A stretch of 64,000 bases of DNA, taken from NCBI GenBank assembly GCA_965644495.1, contig CBFFSA010000005.1, forward strand, positions 806,001-870,000, in the 5' to 3' direction. Made by a program: the position numbers and the translations under genes. This document shows positions 11,024-22,168 of the stretch, piece after piece. The first letter of the stretch is position 1. Each line of letters opens with the position of its first letter. The notes beneath the pieces were generated by a model. The model ran no database searches. It saw only the letters and a program-made list of their open reading frames with translations, and was not told the origin of the DNA. Source of the stretch: Perkinsela sp. CCAP 1560/9 (Eukaryota; Protista; Euglenozoa: Kinetoplastea).

Positions 11024-11779
11024 TCAAGTTTGGTTTACGTAATGAATTTCTTTGTCAAACATGTTTCCTTCAAACGCAAACACAACTCCATTCCGAAGCT
11101 CACGAAGATCGAGAATCCCCGTAAATCTGTTGTTGTAGATATGAAGCAATTTCAGAGATTCAGGCAGATACTTCAAACACACCTCCCCCGTAAATTGATT
11201 ATCGTAAATGTGAAGTCTTAAAAGCCCAGCATTCAACGCAGCAAAAGAAAATTTTCCAGATAATTCATTATGGGCCATGGACAAATCAACGAGTGTCATG
11301 GGGAGGGAAGCGGTATCAACAGAACCACTGAACTGATTTCTATTTACCCACATAAGGAGTAACATAGGGGGAAGGGCGGTCAAATCTAGTGTACCAGTAA
11401 ATTTATTGAACCGAAGACGTGTCTTTACGACGTTGGAAGGGAGCTGCTGCAGAGCTGCAGTGCCCGATATGCAATTTCTGGTAAGATCTAAATCACTAGT
11501 TGTAGGGGGAAGGTATTCCAGTCCAATGGTTCCCGAAATACTTTTCTTCGACCAATCAATGATCGTCACACGTTTTTCAAGATCACAGGTAATTCCCTCC
11601 CACTCACAGGCAGATGTATGTGGTTGCCACGACGGTCTTTTGTTTGTTAAGTTTTGAACCACTCGGGAGAGATCAATTTCTGGGGAAAGAGCGACGCCAC
11701 GGATCTTGCATCCCATTCTGCGACCCGAAGGATCTTCACATTGGAACAAAATCCAATGGAATAACGTATGACGACTCAT
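11024..11779 (-). CDS. Leucine-rich repeat protein
   Basis: CEWEGITC cap and LP..L..L.L..N.F.G repeats. Confidence 0.88.
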   Translation of the reverse strand: MSRHTLFHWILFQCEDPSGRRMGCKIRGVALSPEIDLSRVVQNLTNKRPSWQPHTSACEWEGITCDLEKRVTIIDWSKKSISGTIGLEYLPPTTSDLDLTRNCISGTAALQQLPSNVVKTRLRFNKFTGTLDLTALPPMLLLMWVNRNQFSGSVDTASLPMTLVDLSMAHNELSGKFSFAALNAGLLRLHIYDNQFTGEVCLKYLPESLKLLHIYNNRFTGILDLRELRNGVVFAFEGNMFDKEIHYVNQT

Positions 11780-11882
11780 ATGGCTTAAAAATGTTAATCA
11801 AAAACATAATCTTATATTAAAATAGTATTGGAGATGAACGCCCTGAAGTGCTTTAAAACTTGAAGTAAATATGTTTTGGCGA

Positions 11883-12593
11883 TTTTTCTTTTTTAGGTTC
11901 TTCGTTAAACGCGGTGGTTGTTTTCAACTTAGAAGTCACTCATGCTGCGCGCTTCTCGTTGAAAACTACCACCGCGTTTAACGAAGAAACTAAAAAAGAA
12001 AAATCATGAGTAATATCATGAGTAATATATTTTTTTGGGTGAAAGAGCTCGATTTTCCGAGGAAAATTGCGAAATTTTAACCCGAATTTGGACAGTTTTT
12101 GATGCCTTATCAGTAGCGGCAGGAGGCGAATCTATTGACAAAAACGTCATAGAATGGTAGCTGAGACGCAAAACTCTTAAAATACGTTTTAGGAGTCAAT
12201 TTTGGAAAAATAATATTTTTGCTTTTTTTGGGTCAAATTTATTTTTTAGTCACCCCAAAAAATTCGGAAATTTCGACCTTGTCGGACCCTACCTGCGCGT
12301 ACCAGGGGGGGTACCCCCTAGGGGGGGGGGTGGAAAATTATCGCCGCGGCCTACTCTACCACTCCCCCCCCTTGGATCCCCCCTAGACCCCCCATTTTTT
12401 TTTAATTTTTTTCTTCAATTTTGGACCACCGGAGGCCCCCTTTAATATTCTTTTCTTCTATTATATTACTGTGTTCCTCTTTATATTTTCACTGTTTTTG
12501 TTCACTTTTTTTTCAATAATCGAGGGTAGAGCGGTAGTTTTACAACCACCGCAATAATCGAGGGTAGAGCGGTAGTTTTACAACCACCGCAAT
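11883..12593 (+). mobile_element. Family A (diverged subfamily) full copy with tandemly duplicated 3' terminus
   Basis: 5' palindrome at 11895-11995; the terminal 38 bp AATCGAGGGTAGAGCGGTAGTTTTACAACCACCGCAAT is present twice (12518-12555, 12556-12593). Confidence 0.8.
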
Positions 12594-12687
12594 TTTCAAA
12601 TTTTCAAATTTCAGACTATGATACAATTCATGCGCAATGATAACTTCGACAAAACCCTTTGAATCCTCCTATAAAGTGGTTCAGTGC

Positions 12688-13134
12688 TCACCTTTCCCCA
12701 GAGTGTACGAATTTCCTGTACTGTGTCTCCGACATCCAGCCCTTTTTCGTTTGCTCAGGCGGAACCTCCACGTCACGCAGACGCACCAACCATCCTCGAT
12801 CCTCCGCACTCTCACTGACCAGATTCGGGTTGTTGCTGACCTCACTGTTTACCTCGGCCACCGTACCCGACAGCGGGGAGAGTATCTCACTGGTGGCCTT
12901 AATGGACTCCACATTCGCTATCGCGTCGTCTTGGGCAATTCGGCGTCCCGGGGGGTGGGGGACTTCGACGTAGACCACCTCCCCGAGTTGCTGCGTCGCG
13001 TGTGAGGTGACGCCAACGGTTGCGTCTCGATTCGTGGGATCCACACGTACCCACTCATGGGTAGGGGTGAAGAAGAGGGCGGGTAGGGAGGGGTGCGGGG
13101 CGGTCGCACATAACCGTGCGAGAGTACGGCGCAT
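12688..13134 (-). CDS. GCSH: Glycine cleavage system H protein (mitochondrial)
   Basis: HEWVR, LGEVVYVEVP, lipoyl motif VESIKATSEI, SPLSGTV, GWLV; Arg-rich N-terminal presequence. Confidence 0.95.
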   Translation of the reverse strand: MRRTLARLCATAPHPSLPALFFTPTHEWVRVDPTNRDATVGVTSHATQQLGEVVYVEVPHPPGRRIAQDDAIANVESIKATSEILSPLSGTVAEVNSEVSNNPNLVSESAEDRGWLVRLRDVEVPPEQTKKGWMSETQYRKFVHSGER

Positions 13135-13512
13135 TAGAATGTGCAGAAAGGAGAAAAAAGGAATGAAAAGGAATAAAAAGTGATGAAAAATAGAGGAGTG
13201 GCCCAGTTTCGCGAGCGCTGACCCTTTGAGCCGCAGTAATAGACGCCCCCAAAGTAGAAATAGACGCCCTAAAGTAGAAATGATTACAGATGTCGATTCA
13301 AACGCATTCCAATGTCAAAGTATTCTTTCTTGGGAATTTTGAAAAAGTAGGATGACCATGTCTATTTGTTTTTACTAAGGATTTCCATGCAATAGTTCAG
13401 TCTTAAAAGCATTCAACGCTTAAAAGGTATTGTATTGATTAAGTGTTGTGCTGTGTACAAAGTGAATAGTGATCTTATGTAAATCTAGTACAAATAATGA
13501 TACTGTTTTCGT

Positions 13513-14187
13513 TCAATCACACGAAATACCTTTATTTTTCACACATGTATGTTCACCAATAATGTCGGTGAATGAGTTACGCGAAAAGGTTGCAGATGTC
13601 ATACCACTTGGAAGAAGACACAAGTCTATAACACCGCTGAACTTGTTGTCTTCAAGAAGGAGCTCTGTCAATGAGTTCGGAAGTTTATCGAGCTCTACGG
13701 TACCTGTGAAATGATTTTCATGAAGCCATAGCCAGTTTAAACCGGAAGGCAGATGATTAAAATTGAGTTTCCCATTTAAATGATTTTTATTGAGACAAAA
13801 ATATATTAGTGAAGCAGGGAGAGAAGTCAAATCTATAGAGCCTGTAAAATTATTATTATTCAAATAGATTAACGCTGAGTTGAATGGAAAACAAGAACAG
13901 TCCACAGGTCCTTCAAAACGGTTCCATTGTAGCTGGAGCTGAACAATCGCCCGAGGGAGGTGTTCCCAGCTGAGTGTGCCTTTCAGATGCTTGTAACTTG
14001 CGTTGAGTTCGTGAAAAGAACCATCTTTTTTCGTTGTCATACCACTCCAGTTGGAGAGAGGATTCGTTTCCTTCCATGTTGGATCTAGTTGAGTTACATT
14101 TCGAAAGAATAGAGAGAGCTGAAGTTCCACTGGAAGTGTTATGCTCCGTACTTTGTGACCAGAACGCGTAGCGGTGCAGTCTGCCAT
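13513..14187 (-). CDS. Leucine-rich repeat protein
   Basis: LRR units such as LPASLIYFCLNKNHLNG; family N-terminal KVR..LP.E motif. Confidence 0.87.
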   Translation of the reverse strand: MADCTATRSGHKVRSITLPVELQLSLFFRNVTQLDPTWKETNPLSNWSGMTTKKDGSFHELNASYKHLKGTLSWEHLPRAIVQLQLQWNRFEGPVDCSCFPFNSALIYLNNNNFTGSIDLTSLPASLIYFCLNKNHLNGKLNFNHLPSGLNWLWLHENHFTGTVELDKLPNSLTELLLEDNKFSGVIDLCLLPSGMTSATFSRNSFTDIIGEHTCVKNKGISCD

Positions 14188-14449
14188 GAATAAGTACTAG
14201 AACGCGCTGTAACAAAAGAGAGAAAAAAAGTAAGGAAACATTCCAAAAGCTCACAAAATCTGGTGCCCAAATTTATCTTTTAGTGTCGGATGAAATCACA
14301 AGAGAGAAGTGTTTTTTACATTTTATTTTAGACCTCTTAAAGTGTCACCCCCTGTACGCTAATCTGTAATACAGCGCAATATTCAATGATGTTTGAACCA
14401 ATCGCCATTACCAGATTTAGACCCAACCTTTTCAACTTTGTGTACCTTG

Positions 14450-15442
14450 CTACCAGCTAAGTCCGTTAGGAGTCGATGCTGGGTCTTGCCCGCCAAAGCG
14501 GACACCAACCCACTCGTCCCGGGGAGGAAGTAATGCATGTAAAGAATTGTAACTAAAATTCAACTTACCATAGGTCCATATGTACGACCACTCGGGCTTC
14601 ATGGTAACACCACCAAAAATTAAAACGCTTTCCTCCTGCTTCGCAAACCCCAGAGGACTGAGGTCAACGACCCCTGTGAAGAAATTGTGATCAACAAAAA
14701 ACTCATATATGTCGGGTGGTACGCCATGCATTGAAATTGTCCCCGACAACTGATTCCGGGATAAATCGATTCGATTCATATTTTGTGGAAGCTTTGAGAA
14801 GTCTACGGAACCTACAAACATGTTGTTGTTCAAAACAAGCATGTTCATAGCGTTTGGTAACTCAGTTAGACAAAGCGGACCAGAAAACCGATTTTTGCTT
14901 AATACGAGGGTCAGCAAACTCTGTGGGAGGTGCGTAAGATCAATTTCCCCTTCAAAGCGATTAGAACTCAAAAAAAGATTTTTTAGAGCATTTGGAAGAG
15001 AGGACAATTCCAGTGTCCCGTGATAGTTATTCTGTTGAGACTCTAAAGTGTTCAGTTCCGGGGGAAGGGTCGTAAGGGACACATTCCCCGTCAGAGCTCG
15101 ATGAGAATTCATACGCAACCGACGTAGTGTCAGAGGGAGCGCTCCCCAATTCAGTTTTCCGCATAAAGGAACGGTACTTGGATTCCACTCAATGGATATT
15201 ACCACTTGGTTCTCATCACAATGAACTCCTGCCCATGTACATACAGAAACCGTTTTGGGGGACCGAAACAACCTCTTCCGTTCCAATACCCAACTCGGGT
15301 GTCTTCTTGCAAGAGGTTCGGTAAAACTCCACAGGATCTGTTCCTGTGGAAGTAAAGTAATGTGGACACGAGCACGGCGGTAATCCGAACCATCGTCGAT
15401 GAAAGTCATGGCTCTAAGACGTGGTGAAGTGAAGACACACAT
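14450..15442 (-). CDS. Leucine-rich repeat protein
   Basis: CTWAGVHC cap and about 7 LRR units. Confidence 0.88.
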   Translation of the reverse strand: MCVFTSPRLRAMTFIDDGSDYRRARVHITLLPQEQILWSFTEPLARRHPSWVLERKRLFRSPKTVSVCTWAGVHCDENQVVISIEWNPSTVPLCGKLNWGALPLTLRRLRMNSHRALTGNVSLTTLPPELNTLESQQNNYHGTLELSSLPNALKNLFLSSNRFEGEIDLTHLPQSLLTLVLSKNRFSGPLCLTELPNAMNMLVLNNNMFVGSVDFSKLPQNMNRIDLSRNQLSGTISMHGVPPDIYEFFVDHNFFTGVVDLSPLGFAKQEESVLIFGGVTMKPEWSYIWTYGKLNFSYNSLHALLPPRDEWVGVRFGGQDPASTPNGLSW

Positions 15443-15920
15443 TAGATGAGGATAAGATACGAATCTTTAATGGCGACAGGAAATATCATGAAAAGATATT
15501 TTCACTGAACACTGTGTTCCCAATAAGATGGAAGGCTGTGTATGGGGGATAGGGGTGGCCTGGCGTCCCTTCGGGACGCAAGGGTTGGCACAACAAAGCA
15601 AACACATTTTGTATAAAAAATACTGAAAAAATTGGGTCTAGAAGTACTGCCTGTTACATAATATTTCCCACAATAAGCTAATTTTGGCTTTTTGGGATGC
15701 AAACGTATTCATCTTACTGGGAACTACGGCAGTTTCAAGTCGATTTATCTTGCACTAATGTAACTAAACATGTAGCAATGTGATACGTTCATTCAAAACT
15801 ATGAGGAATCCATTCGGACAAGCACACCTCCAAACTAGCAAAAAGTGACCAATGTGTAGGAAGTAAAAAGAACAAAAAAGAGAACTACTCCCAAGAGAAC
15901 TGCTGACATTCCCCTCTCGC

Positions 15921-17675
15921 TCATTTCCCGGGCTTAGAGGGGCCAAACGACAAGACCCCTGCGAGCACAAGCTTTTGTATCTTCTCCGCGAGGCTGGGAT
16001 CCCGCATGTACTCCTCCACTCTCTTCGGGTCCATGGACATCTCCCGCAGTACCATTTGCATATAAGAGTCGGCCAAGATTTGCTGTATCTCCGGATCCGC
16101 CTTGGCCCTGGCAATACGTTCCTCATCCTGCTCCCCGGACTGCATGGCCTCCATAATTTTACGCTGGGTGCGGTACACCCCTTCGCGACACTCCTCATTC
16201 TGGGGGTCCAGCTTAAGTCCTTTTTCGTACTCCCGGGCAGCCTTGTGGTACTCCTTTCTCCAAAAGTAGCAGTGGGCGAGGCGTACGACTGCCTTTACGA
16301 ACCCTGGGTCTATTTCCAGGCAGCTCTCACAGTCCTTTATGGCCTCATCGTACGCGCCAAGCTTCATATACGCCGCAGCACGGTTGGAGTACACCGTGTG
16401 GTCATTGGGGTTCCGTTTCACACTCTCCGTGTACGCCCGCACGGCCTCGGGAAACTTACTGGAGCGAAAATACTCACTGCCCTGCGCCTTGGCCTCGGCC
16501 CCGAGTTCCGGGCTAAGATAATCCTCGGTCTCTTTTCTCTTCTTCACGGCCTCGCAGTGCTGGAGCTTTGCTAGGGTCTGGGGGTTCCGGTGCTCACGAA
16601 GCGCACTGTGATAGACACCCATCGCGGCTTCGTACTCCCCTGTGGCCTCCAACACCTCCGCCTTACGTGTCAGGAGCTTTCCGAGGAATACGAAATCGGG
16701 AGATTGGATTTCTTTCGCCTCGTATTTTTCCAGCGTCGCGGCAATGGCCTCGAGACACTCCGGGAAACGGCGCTGCTCGAAATACACAGCTGTGCGGTTG
16801 AGGTAATAAGACCCGATGGAGGGATTCAGGGTGATCGCCTCATCGTAGCACTCCAGCGCAGCGTCAAACTCTCGTTTTTTGTAGTGCACATTGCCTCGCT
16901 CCTTGGCAAGCTGCGCCAGGTGCTCGGGAGTTTCTTGTTTTATTTCGTCAGGTTTAGGAGCGGAACAGTTTCCTGTACAATTCTCACAGCTGCAGTTCGG
17001 CCCACAGGTGCAGCTGGGGGCACAGGAGTTTGTTGTTTTCTCCATTTCCTCAGATGGGGGTCGGCTTGGCATATCCTTGGGGGAGTACGCCGTGGCACCG
17101 GGAATCCCGAGAAGTTCGATAATCGTTTGCATCACGCGCTGGTCCTTCATGTAGGCCTGCACCAGGGAGGGGTTAGCAATCATCGCCCCAATGGCCTGGA
17201 CGTAGTCGGGCTGCTGCAGGAATGTGGAAAGCCGAGGGTTAGTTTGGATCTTTCCCCAGGTGGCGGCAGTGAAAAGTTTTCCGAAGGGGTCCTTGGGCTC
17301 AGACGGAGAGCTTGGCTCCTGGAGAGCCCCCAGGGCACTACGCAAAGCTGTGTTCTCTGGGTCCGTCTCAAGACCCTTTTCGTAGGCCTGGATCGCCTCC
17401 TGGGTACGCCCCAGACCGTGCAGCGCGGCCCCGAGTCGAGCATAGGCCTTACCCCACCCCTTGGGTGATTTCTCCACACACGTTTGGGCATCCGACAGAG
17501 CCCTCTCCCAGTCCCCAGTGCTGGCGTAACACGCAGACCGGTTCGAATACAGCACGTGGGCGTCGGGGTCCAGGGCGATGCCCTCTGTGAAATGTTCCGC
17601 TGCAGTGCTGAAATTCCCATTGCGGAATTCCGCGTTCCCTTTTTCCTTGTAGGAATCGGCGGTGAGGGAAGTCAT
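15921..17675 (-). CDS. STI1: Stress-inducible protein STI1 / Hsp70-Hsp90 organizing protein (HOP)
   Basis: TPR1 (KEKGN...VLYSNRSACY), DP1, TPR2A (KERGN..YKKREF), TPR2B (YSNRAAAY.KL), DP2 (DPEIQQILAD). Confidence 0.95.
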   Translation of the reverse strand: MTSLTADSYKEKGNAEFRNGNFSTAAEHFTEGIALDPDAHVLYSNRSACYASTGDWERALSDAQTCVEKSPKGWGKAYARLGAALHGLGRTQEAIQAYEKGLETDPENTALRSALGALQEPSSPSEPKDPFGKLFTAATWGKIQTNPRLSTFLQQPDYVQAIGAMIANPSLVQAYMKDQRVMQTIIELLGIPGATAYSPKDMPSRPPSEEMEKTTNSCAPSCTCGPNCSCENCTGNCSAPKPDEIKQETPEHLAQLAKERGNVHYKKREFDAALECYDEAITLNPSIGSYYLNRTAVYFEQRRFPECLEAIAATLEKYEAKEIQSPDFVFLGKLLTRKAEVLEATGEYEAAMGVYHSALREHRNPQTLAKLQHCEAVKKRKETEDYLSPELGAEAKAQGSEYFRSSKFPEAVRAYTESVKRNPNDHTVYSNRAAAYMKLGAYDEAIKDCESCLEIDPGFVKAVVRLAHCYFWRKEYHKAAREYEKGLKLDPQNEECREGVYRTQRKIMEAMQSGEQDEERIARAKADPEIQQILADSYMQMVLREMSMDPKRVEEYMRDPSLAEKIQKLVLAGVLSFGPSKPGK

Positions 17676-17925
17676 GCTGTTGGGAAAAGCAAGAATAGGT
17701 AAATAGGTGTTCTAGAAAACTAGTTAGAGAATGCATGGATGGGATGAAGAAAACAGATTTTAATGTGGAATAGTACAGCATCATAAAGTTACAAGTGTGC
17801 CACAAATCTCATGTGTCCCTTTAATATTTTCCCACCTTTACCTACTTTCTTTCAACCTGTTTCATCTTTTAAAAACTTTCAACACCTCGCAATATTTTGT
17901 TCTCTTTTTCCCCTTTTCGTATCCT

Positions 17926-18492
17926 TTACTCCGAGGCGGTACACTTGGTCTGGACATAAATCCCATCCAGAAACTTGCGAATATCCTTGTTCTTCACCAA
18001 ACACGACTGGTGCACCCGGGCGGCGGCCTGGGACACACTCAGCACGTCGTTCCCCGTCAGCACGAGCTCGTCCTTCACCTTGGAGGGGTCGGTGCGCTCG
18101 GCGGTGACGTCCGGGGGAATCGGGACCGTCCGCACGATCTTCTCCCCCAGGAAGTTACGGATCTCCACGTTGCTCCCCTCCACGGCGACGTTCACCGGGA
18201 AGTGGGCGTACGCGAACCGCATCTTGTACCGGTACCCCACGGTGACCCCTTTCACCATGTTGCGCACCGAGGAGAGCACGGTCTTGATGCACGCGATCTG
18301 CTTCGTCTTCGCCATCCACATCGTGACGGTGAGCCTCCGGGCCGCCCGGTCCACACGCAGCTCCATCGGGATGTGCTGGAAGTTACGCGTCAGGGACCCG
18401 CGGGGGCCGGTGACGGTGACCACACGCTTGTGGGCCGAGAGCGTAACCTCCTCGGGGTACGTGACGCTGTCGTGGCTGTTGACAACACGCAT
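17926..18492 (-). CDS. RPL9: 60S ribosomal protein L9 (uL6)
   Basis: VTGPRGSL, GYRYKMRFAYAHFP, IRNFLGEK, KNKDIRKFLDGIYV. Confidence 0.98.
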   Translation of the reverse strand: MRVVNSHDSVTYPEEVTLSAHKRVVTVTGPRGSLTRNFQHIPMELRVDRAARRLTVTMWMAKTKQIACIKTVLSSVRNMVKGVTVGYRYKMRFAYAHFPVNVAVEGSNVEIRNFLGEKIVRTVPIPPDVTAERTDPSKVKDELVLTGNDVLSVSQAAARVHQSCLVKNKDIRKFLDGIYVQTKCTASE

Positions 18493-19978
18493 GGGGAGGG
18501 GAGAGGAAAAAGGAGAGAAAAAAGGGATGAAAAAGAAAAAAAAGAGGTAAAAGATAAGATGAAGTAAATGAGGGTACTGTAACCCCGTTTTAATTCGCGC
18601 ACATTATAGAAGGGGGGTGCGAAATATGGGTCGGGGGAAGTCCCCCCTCAACAAAAAGTTTCGTACTTTTTCGCGACGAGGTCTTTTCATTTTGTAGTGT
18701 TATTTTCAGTGTGTGGCAGTGCTGCTTTTTGGTGCTGTTAGGGGGCTTGAAAATATTTATTACTAGGATTCACCCAGTATAAGATAGCGAGATAATTAGC
18801 GGAGTAGAGGTGGGGAATAGGTGTCCAGGAAGGGGAAGGAATATCTCGGGGTGCCCGCCCCCGAGACCCTGAAATTCTTGAACTGGAATACACTAGATGG
18901 TGAGGGCCCACATACCCGAAAAAAGCATATGCCCATCTCACCTTCCGATGGCCATTCGAGTGCCTATCCAGAAGGCAACGCCCAGATACAACCCCGGCGG
19001 TACAAGACCGGTACCGTCGCGGGGCGCGTTAACTGCAAGGGGTTTACAAAAAAAGTTAGGATATGATTTAACAATTCTATCAAGTGAAGGGGCTGCGGGT
19101 GGAGATTCTGTGCGGTCTCGGTGCGGTCTAGGGCGAAGTACCCGCAGCTCCTCAAGTATTTACACTATTTTTTACAACCTATTATCTTCTCCATTAAACT
19201 GTGTTAAGGGATAACATACCCCCGGTATGTTATCGTGTTACAGATATATCAACTTTCATGCCACCTATCTCATATTGATAAAAAAATTGAGGGTCAAAAG
19301 GGACGTTTTTTCCCCCCAAAAACTTTTAACTTCGTGCTTCCCTTAATAAAATGTACCAAATAAGAAAATTTATGAGCTCTATCTTGGTTCCGGTTCTGAG
19401 CCTGGAAAATAATTTCAAATTGCTTAAACTCCTTAATGCACATCGTACGGTACAGGCTTCTGTCATCACGTCATCCAAGGTTCCCAGCTACAAAAAGTGA
19501 TACGGTCATACATTTTACAGCCTGTGCAAAGAAAAATGATAGAGCGGAGTCGTGTAAGTAGCAAAAATATGATGCTTAATCACTCGCTTGGATAACACTG
19601 AAATTTTGTCTGAGAAACCACCGTAAAAAAAATTCAAGTTTTTTTTGGGGAAAAAAGTCCCCCTTCACCAAATTGAGACAATTCAAACACAACATTTTCA
19701 CTTCAAAAATTTGATTTTCTACTCAAAATTTTAAAAATGCAGAAGAGGGGTGTATGTTAGCTACTCCTGTTCGCGATAACATACATGTCTCTCCCCGTAT
19801 GTTATCTTGTTATAAGTACTGTGACCCCCCTTTTAATATGCGCACGTTTTTGCCCATGCACGTTTGTGCATGTAAAAAGGGGGGTGCATAATAAAGGGGG
19901 GGAGCCCAATTTTTTCTCCCCTCACAGTGTATACAGTGCTCGTAAAAAACAATATCTTCTTTTAATAATGACCTCGGA

Positions 19979-20865
19979 TTTAGGCTCTTCGTTAAACGCG
20001 GTGGTTGCTTTCAACTTAGAAGTCACTCATGCTGCGCGCTTCGCGTTGAAAACTTCCACCGCGTTTAACGAAGAGCCTAAAAAAGAAAATTTAGCCTGGA
20101 AAACGGAAAGAATATAGCCGAAAATAGCCGAATTTCGGGTACAAATGGGGTCATTTTCGAATATTTTTGCTCTCAGAGCACTAAATCCGACATCTGCGCG
20201 TGGGAAATCACTCGCAGGCATGAATGAAAGCCTACCGAACGTATTGGGTAGAGAATACGACTCCAACCATACCATTCTTTCGACACAAAAATGCCCCTTT
20301 AGGTCCGAAAAATACTTTTTCACCTTTTTTAGTCAAAAATGGGTCATTTTGAGGGGCGCACCACAGTTCGAAGAAGTGATACCTTGCGAAAACAACTGCG
20401 GAGAAAGCTAGTGGAGGTCCCAAACTATCAAAATACAATAGGGGGAACGATTTTGGAAAAATATTTTTTTTGTCATTTTTTTCGCCAAGTTGAAATTTTT
20501 TTCAAAAAAAATTTTCCGAAAAAATTCGAACTTGGCGGACCCGTCCTGCAGATACGCAGGGGGGTCACCCCCGGGTAAGGGGGTGGAAAATGCGCGCCAA
20601 GACCCCGGCTACCCTTTCTGCGGTTTTTTTCGAAAACTAATTTTTTCGAAAAAATTTGCTCGACCATGACCCCCCCCCTGGACCCCCCCCCCCATGGACT
20701 CCCCATTTTTTTCAATTTTTTTTTTCAGTTTTGGACCACCGGAGCCCCCTTTTATATTTTTTTTTTCTATTATATTACTGTGTTCCCCTTTATATTTTCA
20801 CTGTTTTTGTTCACTTTTTTTTTCAATAATCGAGTGTAGAGCGGTAGTTTTACAACCACCGCAAT
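19979..20865 (+). mobile_element. Family A full-length copy
   Basis: 5' ~100-bp palindrome, C-rich tandem tract, 3' hairpin GCGGTAGTT-TTAC-AACCACCGC followed by AAT. Confidence 0.85.
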
Positions 20866-20934
20866 TTGTGGTCATTATTGACCACACAGAAGTACTTTTC
20901 TATTGGAGCGAGATCTCTCGAATGCTGCACAGAT

Positions 20935-21171
20935 GTAAGTTTGCGAGGGCGACCTGTTTTCGGTTTGTTAACTAAGTTGGGTAGGTACTTTTTCTTAATG
21001 TTACTTACATTTCCTACGCTCAATTGTAGATCTGACGATAGCTTCCGAATTGATAATCCGTTCTTTAGTTTTTCTATAACAAGCCTACGTAGATCACTGG
21101 GTGTACTGCGCATAGTGCAATGAAACGCAAAGTAAATAAAGAAAATCTTACTCCATTTACTATACTTTTTA
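20935..21171 (-). pseudogene. Inverted 5' fragment of the Tc1 transposase plus its native upstream sequence
   Basis: Encodes MRSTPSDLRRLVIEKLKNG...GRPRKLT, near-identical to 22167-22346. Confidence 0.85.
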
Positions 21172-22168
21172 TCTTTTTTAGGCTCTTCGTTAAACGCGGT
21201 GGTTGCTTTCAACTTAGAAGTCACTCATGCTGCGCGCTTCGCGTTGAAAACTACCGCCGCGTTTAACGAAGAGCCTAAAAAAGAAAATTTAGCCTGGAAA
21301 ACGGAAAGATTATAGCCAAAAATAGCCGAATTTCGGGTACAAATGGGGTCATTTTCGCATATTTTTGCTCTCAGAGCACTAAATCCGACATTTGCGCGTG
21401 GGAAATCACTCGCAGGCATGAATGAAAGCCTACCGAACGTATTGGGTAGAGAATACGACTCCAACCATACCATTCTTTCGACACAAAAATGCCCCTTTAG
21501 GTCCGAAAAATACTTTTTCACCTTTTTTAGTCAAAAATGGGTCATTTTGAGGGGCGCACCACAGTTCGAAGAAGTGATACCTTGCGAAAACAACTGCGTA
21601 GAAAGCTAGTGTAGGTCCCAAACTATCAAAATACAATAGGGGAAACGATTTTGGAAAAATATTTTTTTTGTCATTTTTTTCGCCAAGTTGAATTTTTTTT
21701 CGAAAAAATTTTTCCGAAAAAATCCGAACTTGGCGGACCCGTCCTGCGGATACGCGGGGGGGTCACCCCCGGGTAGGGGGGTGGAAAATGCGCGCCAAGA
21801 CCCCGGCTACCCTTTCTGCGGTTTTTTTTCGAAAACTAATTTTTTCGAAAAAATTTGATCGACCATGCCCCCCCCCCCTGGACCCCCCCCTGGACCCCCC
21901 CCCATGGACCCCCCATTTTTTTCAAAAAAAATTTTCAGTTTTGGACCACCGGAGCCCCCTTTTATATTTTTTTCTTCTATTATATTACTGTGTTCCTCTT
22001 TATATTTTCACTGTTTTTGTTCACTTTTTTTTCAATAATCGAGTGTAGAGCGGTAGTTTTACAACCACCGCAATTATATTACTGTGTTCCTCTTTATATT
22101 TTCACTGTTTTTGTTCACTTTTTTTTCAATAATCGAGTGTAGAGCGGTAGTTTTACAACCACCGCAAT
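21172..22168 (+). mobile_element. Family A full-length copy with 94-bp tandem duplication of the 3' end
   Basis: Starts A|TCTTTTTTAGG; the terminus CCGCAAT occurs at 22074 and again at 22168, overlapping the Tc1 ATG. Confidence 0.85.
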
